Source: Candidatus Saccharimonadota bacterium
Lineage (GTDB): Bacteria; Patescibacteriota; Saccharimonadia; QS-5-54-17
Assembly: GCA_050486185.1 (NCBI GenBank)
Contig: JBJHCT010000003.1
Location: forward strand, 37,500 to 101,499
Direction: 5' to 3'
Length of the DNA stretch: 64,000 bases
Shown here piece by piece: positions 58,350 through 64,000 of the stretch. The notes beneath the pieces were generated by a model. It did not search any database. It saw nothing but the letters and a program-made list of their open reading frames with translations, and was not told the origin of the DNA. How positions within the stretch are numbered: position 1 is the first letter of the stretch; the number at the start of each line of letters is the position of its first letter. The position numbers and the translations under genes are program-made.

Positions 58350-58504
58350 TTTGGCTCCTTATATTAATTTTATAGCACTAACTTTTTCTAAGGGTCCGGG
58401 GTCAGGGCTATAAAAATGAGCCAAATCTTACCTTGCGTTGCCTAAAATCTAAAAGTTAGTTCACTACTAAGTTTAACCCCTCGAGGGGGTTTTGTCTATA
58501 TCCC

Positions 58505-59941
58505 TTACTTCTTGAGTAGCTTTCTAGCTTGTTTCAAAGCCTCTTCCTGATTATCTATCTCGTGATTGAGGTAGGCGTCTTCTAGGTCTTTTAGTAGTTG
58601 ACCTAGTATAGAATCTGCCGGCAATTTCAATTCGTCCATCAACCACTTACCATCAACTCCTAAGTCTTCCTTAAGAGACGGTGGTCTCTTGGCTTTCCTA
58701 GCTTGGTAGTTAGCCCACATGTTATCTAGTTCGGTGAAATCTGCCGGGCCATCATCAACAGAGCCGTCATCTCGCAAGCTCCAGGCTGCATGAGCATCGG
58801 CTCTGTGAAGTTCTAGCAGATCACCGAAGGCAGGATGGGACATGAAGTTATCGGCTTTTCTGGGTCTCATCTTGGGTAGAGTGTCGATACTTAGGTGATT
58901 ATGTATCATCCAAGCTACTTCTTCACGAAAACGTTTAGCAAAACGCAATCTTTTTAACATTTTTGTAGAAATCTCAGCACCTAGGCGGTGATGATCACTA
59001 AAGCGTATTCTATCGCCACTGTCTTTAGCTGGCTGAAAGCTGGGCGCCTTGCCAATATCATGAAGCAATGTAGCCCAAGCTAGCCTAGGGGAGACGATAT
59101 CAGGTAGATGTCCGATACTAATCATAGTATGAGTAAATACATCTCCTTCGGCATGTAGTTTTTCAGGCTGCTCAACCCCTTTAGTAGCGGCCAGTTCTGG
59201 CAAGAGCTGTTTTATAGCGCCTAAATGATCTAGGTCCTCAAAAGCTACTTGCCTTCTAGGGTGCATTAATATGCGAGTAAGCTCTGTTTTAACTCTCTCT
59301 GGAGCTATATCTTGGAGTCTGCCTTTTGAAATAGCTTGTTTAATGGCTTGCTTAGTTTTAGTCTCAAAACTAAATCCTAAGACATGCTTAAGCCTAATAG
59401 CGCGCAAGATACGAAGCGGGTCTTCTTTGATCCGTTTCTTAGGAGTTCCTACAAAGCGAATTAGGTGGCTTTTGAGATCCTTCATACCATCAACTTCATC
59501 AACAATTTCTTTGGTCAGGGGATCATAAGCTAGGGCGTTGATAGTAAAGTCACGTCTGTAGATATCTTCTTTTAGGCTAGCAAACTTAATTTTGGTATCT
59601 TTTCTACCCTTTCTAGCACCTACATCTTTTCTGTATGTAGCTATCTCGATCTCTACTTCATGAGTTTGCGAGGAATCCTCATCGGGTATGCGCAAATATA
59701 CCCTAGTTACTCCGTAAGCTTGAGCTGTGTCTTTGTAGAAAGATTTACTAAAGTCTTTAATCTTTAAGATTTCTTCAGGCCTAGCATTAGTGGCAAGGTC
59801 AAAGTCTTTAGGTTTTTTACCCAGCAACATATCCCTAACGGCTCCACCGATAATGTAGGCTTCAAAGCCTTTTTGGTTAAGTTTTTCAGCCGCTAGCTCA
59901 GCAGCTTTAAAATGAGGGGAGTTAGGGGTAGTAATATCCAT
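58505..59941 (-). CDS. cca: CCA-adding enzyme / poly(A) polymerase-family nucleotidyltransferase with HD domain
   Basis: 478 aa. GGAVRDxLLG…DxD head motif and a downstream HD domain (…HDIGK…). Confidence 0.8.
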   Translation of the reverse strand: MDITTPNSPHFKAAELAAEKLNQKGFEAYIIGGAVRDMLLGKKPKDFDLATNARPEEILKIKDFSKSFYKDTAQAYGVTRVYLRIPDEDSSQTHEVEIEIATYRKDVGARKGRKDTKIKFASLKEDIYRRDFTINALAYDPLTKEIVDEVDGMKDLKSHLIRFVGTPKKRIKEDPLRILRAIRLKHVLGFSFETKTKQAIKQAISKGRLQDIAPERVKTELTRILMHPRRQVAFEDLDHLGAIKQLLPELAATKGVEQPEKLHAEGDVFTHTMISIGHLPDIVSPRLAWATLLHDIGKAPSFQPAKDSGDRIRFSDHHRLGAEISTKMLKRLRFAKRFREEVAWMIHNHLSIDTLPKMRPRKADNFMSHPAFGDLLELHRADAHAAWSLRDDGSVDDGPADFTELDNMWANYQARKAKRPPSLKEDLGVDGKWLMDELKLPADSILGQLLKDLEDAYLNHEIDNQEEALKQARKLLKK

Positions 59942-59970
59942 ATATCTAAGATACCACTAATGCTTTAAGT

Positions 59971-61161
59971 TTACTCCTTTTCCCAGATCACTTGATCTTT
60001 AATCTCCTCAGGCAAAAAACCCTTATCATGCTCAAAACCCGCTTCCCACTTGTAATCTTGGCCGTAGCCTAAATCTTTCATTAATTTAGTCGGGGCGTTA
60101 CGTACGTGCAAAGGCACGCTTAAATCTTGGTACTCTTCTGCTAGTTTCAGAGCTTTGTTCATAGCCTCAGTTACTTTTCTTGATTTATCACATCTAGCTA
60201 GTACGCTAGCGCAGTGGAACAGGTTGTACTGGCACTCAGGCATACCGATCTTTTCTACGGCCTCAAAAGTAGCTACTGCTAGGTTTAAGGCTCCATTAGT
60301 AGCTATACCGACATCTTCGCTAGCAAAAACTGCCATCCGGCGAGCGATGAACTTAGGGTCTTCACCAGCTTGAAGCATCCTAGCTAGGTAATAGAGGGTG
60401 GCGTCGATATCACTACCCCGCATAGATTTAATGAAGGCTGAGATGAGGTTATGGTGCATCTCGCCAGCTTTATCAAATCCTGGGATGCGTTTTTGGGCAG
60501 CGGTTTTAATATCATCTATAGAGACCTTCTTACTACTTACTCGTAAGGCTAACTCCAGGATATTCAGTGCTATGCGGCTATCACCACCTGATAGCTGGGT
60601 GATATATTCAACCGCTCTTTTATCTAACTTACTTTTAGCTTTAATACTGCGAGCTGCTCTATCTATGATTTTTTCTATATCTTTAGGTTTTAGCGGCTCT
60701 AAAACCAAAACTCTAGAGCGAGATATGAGGGGTCTAATAACTTCAAAGCTAGGGTTTTCTGTAGTAGCACCGATTAAGGTAATTAGCCCGCTTTCTACGT
60801 GGGGTAAGAAGGCATCTTGCTGGGCTTTGTTGAACCTGTGGATCTCATCCACAAATAGGATAGTAGGGGTCTTGAGCCTCCTATTTTCCTCAGCAGTCTT
60901 AATAACTCTACGGACATCCTCTAATTTTGCCGATACGGCCGATATCTCTATGAATTCAGCCTCTACTTCACTAGCTATGATGCGAGCTAGAGTGGTCTTG
61001 CCGCTACCAGGAGGCCCCCAAAGTATCAAAGATGTTAGTTGCTTGCTATCAACTAATTTTTTAATTAGTCCACTCTTGCCCACTAAATGATCTTGGCCTA
61101 TGAATTCGTCTAGGCTTTTAGGTCGCATAGATTCTGCTAGTGGTACGTCTGAATCTCTCAC
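59971..61161 (-). CDS. rarA: replication-associated recombination protein A (AAA+ ATPase)
   Basis: 396 aa. Walker A GPPGSGKTT, Walker B FVDEIHR, and the MgsA C-terminal domain. Confidence 0.85.
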   Translation of the reverse strand: MRDSDVPLAESMRPKSLDEFIGQDHLVGKSGLIKKLVDSKQLTSLILWGPPGSGKTTLARIIASEVEAEFIEISAVSAKLEDVRRVIKTAEENRRLKTPTILFVDEIHRFNKAQQDAFLPHVESGLITLIGATTENPSFEVIRPLISRSRVLVLEPLKPKDIEKIIDRAARSIKAKSKLDKRAVEYITQLSGGDSRIALNILELALRVSSKKVSIDDIKTAAQKRIPGFDKAGEMHHNLISAFIKSMRGSDIDATLYYLARMLQAGEDPKFIARRMAVFASEDVGIATNGALNLAVATFEAVEKIGMPECQYNLFHCASVLARCDKSRKVTEAMNKALKLAEEYQDLSVPLHVRNAPTKLMKDLGYGQDYKWEAGFEHDKGFLPEEIKDQVIWEKE

Positions 61162-61245
61162 TAGTTTCAGTATAGCATCAGGGGTGTTTGATCTAAGCAG
61201 GAAAACGCGTAGTTCTCCTTAAGCCTGATATACTCTATAAGTATA

Positions 61246-64000
61246 ATGGCAGATTTTGACTCAGAGTATTCTAAGCTAAATAGCGCCCAAAAACAGGCGG
61301 TCGATAGTATCGACGGCCCGTTACTCGTCATAGCCGGTCCTGGTACCGGTAAAACCCAGCTGTTATCTATGCGAGTAGCCAATATCTTACGACTCAGCGA
61401 CGTATCACCTAGAAATATTTTGTGTCTAACCTTTACCGACTCAGCGGCTACTGCTATGCGGGAGAGGTTGCTTGGTCTAATCGGCATCGATGCGCATAAG
61501 GTAGCTATACATACTTTTCACAGCTTTGGTGTTGAGGTTATCAACCAATACCCAGAGTATTTTTACTCTAGTGCTAGGTTCTCTCCATCAGATGACGTGA
61601 CTCAGGTAGAAATCATTAATAGTATCCTAGCTAAACTCGATCACGATAGCCCACTAGCCTCAACGATGAATAATCGTTTTATCTATCTCAAACCTATTAA
61701 ATCGGCCATCGACTATTTGAAGAAATCCGGTCTTAACTCTGAGGACTTACGCTCAATTTTAGCTGCTAATGAGAGCGATATAGCAGAGATTGAGCCTAAG
61801 ATCGCAGCAGTCTTTAATCAAGGACGTATTTCTAAGAGCATGTTACCTAAACTAGCTGATGTAGCTAGTAAAATAACGATATCTAAACAACCAGATCTAC
61901 CTAAGCCTTTCGAGCCCCTGTCTAAAGTCTTACTCCATAGCCTGTCCCTAGCTTTAGATGAAGCAGAAGATCTTGGTAAAACCACACCGATTACTAACTG
62001 GCGTAATGCTTGGATGGAGAAAAGTTCTAGGGGCGAGTATGTCTTTAAAGACCATCACAACAACGCCAAACTCTATGTTCTAGCTGATGTCTATGAAGAG
62101 TATCAGCAAACACTAAAAAGGGAAGAGAAGTATGATTTCTCCGACATGGTTCTAGACGTGGTCCAAGCCATTGAATCCCATGATGAGCTGCGCTTTGCCT
62201 TGCAAGAACAGTACCAATACTTCCTAGTTGATGAGTTTCAAGATACTAATGAAGCCCAATTGAGATTACTAAACAATCTAGTTGATAATCCAATTCATGA
62301 AGGTAGGCCTGATGTGATGGTGGTGGGAGATGATGATCAGGCTATCTATAAGTTTCAAGGAGCTGAGGTTAGCAATATCGTTAGCTTCTACAACAAATAT
62401 CGTGATGTTCAATTAATTACTTTGACGCAAAACTACAGATCGACCCAAGAGATTCTAGATCTAGCCAAATCGGTAATTACTGGTGCTGAAACTAGATTAG
62501 AAAACACTATAGATGAGGTACATAAAGACCTTACTTCTGATAATAAGAAGCAAGACAAAGGTCAGATTCAATACAAAAGATTACCTACTTCCGAGCATCA
62601 GTATCTATTCGTAGCTGAGGAAATATCCAGGCTCATTAAGCAAGGCAAATCAGCTAGCGATATAGCGGTATTAGCTAGGCAACATACTCAACTAGAACAG
62701 CTGATGCCCTACTTGAGTGAAGCTAATATCCCGGTAGTATATGAGCGGCGTAGCAATGTCTTAGATCAGCGCCACATTGCTCAATTGCTTGATCTAGCTT
62801 ATCTAGTGCACTTTCTAACTAGTGATAACCAGGAGCTAGCTAATGAGTACCTATCCAAAGTCTTGAGCTATCCTTTCTGGGGGATTGACCCAGTCACAAC
62901 CTGGCGACTTAGTAGGCAAGCCTATGAGGAAGGTCAGCTATGGCTAGAAGCTATGCTAGCTAGTAAAGATAAAAGCCTATCGAAACTAGCTAATTGGCTA
63001 CTAGAGTGTGCCCACCAGGCCAAGAGTCAGCCATTAGAACATGTAATTGATATTTTAATCGGTGTTAAGAAACTATCAGGGTTTAAAAGTCCGTACCGTG
63101 ACTACTACTTCTCTAGTGAAAAGTTTGATGAAAACAGAGGTGAATATCTAGCCTTTCTATCAGCCCTGAGGTTGCTACGTAACAAACTGCGTGAATACCA
63201 CTACCGCGAGGTTATCTACCTTAAAGACTTAGTCGGCTTTATCGATACACACCGAGATAACGAGATACCGATAGTCGATGAGACGCCTTTTGTATCTCAT
63301 GATACGGCAGTCGAAGTGATGAGCGCCCATAAGGCCAAAGGCTTAGAGTTTGATACCGTTTTCGTTTTAGATTGTCAGGAAAAAGTTTGGACTCCAAGTG
63401 CTTCTAGGCAATCGATTAGATTCCCAGCCAACCTACCCATTACTCCGGCTGGAGACCACTTAGATGATCAGTTGAGACTGTTTTTCGTAGCTGCAACTCG
63501 GGCTAAATCCAATCTATACCTACTAGGCAGTAAACATAGTAGTAGTGGCAAGGAATCGTTACTAGCGCCATTCCTAGATCATCAATTGTTTGAAGATATT
63601 AAGATGGATGATGCTAAAACTATTGAGGTACTAGAGACTTCATGGCAATCGTACCAGCCCTTGCCGAGGGAGGCCGATGCCAAGGCGGTACTCAAACCCA
63701 TACTGAAAGACTACAAACTCAACGCTACTGCTTACATTAAATTCCTAGACGTAATTCGTGGTGGGCCTAAAGCCTTCCTACTTGAGAGTTTATTAAGGTT
63801 TCCACAAGCACCATCGGTATCGGCAGCCTTTGGTACAGCTATGCACAATACTTTAAACGAACTATATTATCTGCTTTCTCAAGGCAAAAAACCCCAAAGA
63901 GCTGAAGTCTTAGATATTTTCGCCCAGGCACTACGCTCTAGAAGACTCAAAAAAGAGGATGAGGCCAAACTGCTCAAACGTGGCCAAGATAGCCTCAAAG
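61246..64000 (+). CDS. UvrD/PcrA/AddA-family SF1 DNA helicase (5' part; runs off window)
   Basis: MADFDSEYSKLNSAQKQAVDS…AGPGTGKTQ (motif I), …VDEFQDTN… (motif II), …VGDDDQAIYKFQGA… (motif III). Open to position 64000. Confidence 0.8.
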   Translation, partial: MADFDSEYSKLNSAQKQAVDSIDGPLLVIAGPGTGKTQLLSMRVANILRLSDVSPRNILCLTFTDSAATAMRERLLGLIGIDAHKVAIHTFHSFGVEVINQYPEYFYSSARFSPSDDVTQVEIINSILAKLDHDSPLASTMNNRFIYLKPIKSAIDYLKKSGLNSEDLRSILAANESDIAEIEPKIAAVFNQGRISKSMLPKLADVASKITISKQPDLPKPFEPLSKVLLHSLSLALDEAEDLGKTTPITNWRNAWMEKSSRGEYVFKDHHNNAKLYVLADVYEEYQQTLKREEKYDFSDMVLDVVQAIESHDELRFALQEQYQYFLVDEFQDTNEAQLRLLNNLVDNPIHEGRPDVMVVGDDDQAIYKFQGAEVSNIVSFYNKYRDVQLITLTQNYRSTQEILDLAKSVITGAETRLENTIDEVHKDLTSDNKKQDKGQIQYKRLPTSEHQYLFVAEEISRLIKQGKSASDIAVLARQHTQLEQLMPYLSEANIPVVYERRSNVLDQRHIAQLLDLAYLVHFLTSDNQELANEYLSKVLSYPFWGIDPVTTWRLSRQAYEEGQLWLEAMLASKDKSLSKLANWLLECAHQAKSQPLEHVIDILIGVKKLSGFKSPYRDYYFSSEKFDENRGEYLAFLSALRLLRNKLREYHYREVIYLKDLVGFIDTHRDNEIPIVDETPFVSHDTAVEVMSAHKAKGLEFDTVFVLDCQEKVWTPSASRQSIRFPANLPITPAGDHLDDQLRLFFVAATRAKSNLYLLGSKHSSSGKESLLAPFLDHQLFEDIKMDDAKTIEVLETSWQSYQPLPREADAKAVLKPILKDYKLNATAYIKFLDVIRGGPKAFLLESLLRFPQAPSVSAAFGTAMHNTLNELYYLLSQGKKPQRAEVLDIFAQALRSRRLKKEDEAKLLKRGQDSLK

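Noticed and set aside
61167-61487. 106-aa minus-strand ORF
   Set aside because: It is antisense to the 5' end of the plus-strand UvrD-like helicase, whose Walker A motif is unambiguous.

Overview
The window is a gene-dense (~90% coding), ~40-45% GC stretch of a bacterial chromosome. I found no rRNA and no CRISPR array. The mix of a sortase, GLUG-repeat and Gly-rich surface proteins, a heliorhodopsin, Ni-SOD with its SodX protease, TatAC, many small hypothetical proteins and the rpmF-nusB-rnc / rpsP-KH-trmD translation core suggests a monoderm-type organism with a reduced genome, possibly Patescibacteria/Saccharibacteria-like. That placement is inference only.

Layout by position:
- 1-8.1 kb: a surface-glycan locus. 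rmlD (partial), rmlC and rmlB sit on the minus strand, followed by a tandem array of four paralogous Gly-rich genes and an NDP-sugar (mannose-1-P guanylyltransferase-like) gene.
- 8.1-10.7 kb: a MazEF-type toxin-antitoxin pair, a heliorhodopsin, lexA, and a small HNH-like gene. lexA and the HNH gene both carry a GTTC-N7-GTTC direct-repeat operator between their -35 and -10 elements.
- 10.7-17.1 kb: a decayed mobile/accessory zone. It holds a tRNA-Asn(GUU) interrupted by a ~233-nt group I intron, a serine-integrase fragment fused head-to-head to a P-type ATPase C-terminal fragment, a Kef-type antiporter, a degenerate tRNA-like gene with a 14-nt direct repeat, and an IS1595-family transposase.
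- 17-32 kb: a 788-aa GLUG-repeat protein, trpS, argS, tsaC, an ArsR/CopB-like metal module, two Fic proteins, an 846-aa cutinase-like surface protein, and a fifth Gly-rich family member.
- 32-64 kb: core functions including rpmF, nusB, a NUDIX hydrolase, rnc, rpsP, a KH protein, trmD, sodN/sodX, tRNA-Gln, typA, tatAC, cca, rarA and a partial uvrD-like helicase. These are interleaved with redox and membrane genes: a NOX-like ferric reductase, a VOC protein, a sortase, an ABC exporter, a minimal K+ channel and a cupredoxin.

The best candidate for an undescribed system is the Gly-rich paralog array at 2070-7057 plus the divergent member at 31442. These genes have conserved termini and variable Gly-rich cores, and the array lies inside a sugar-nucleotide locus. 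This looks like a variable, probably glycosylated surface-polymer or adhesin system.
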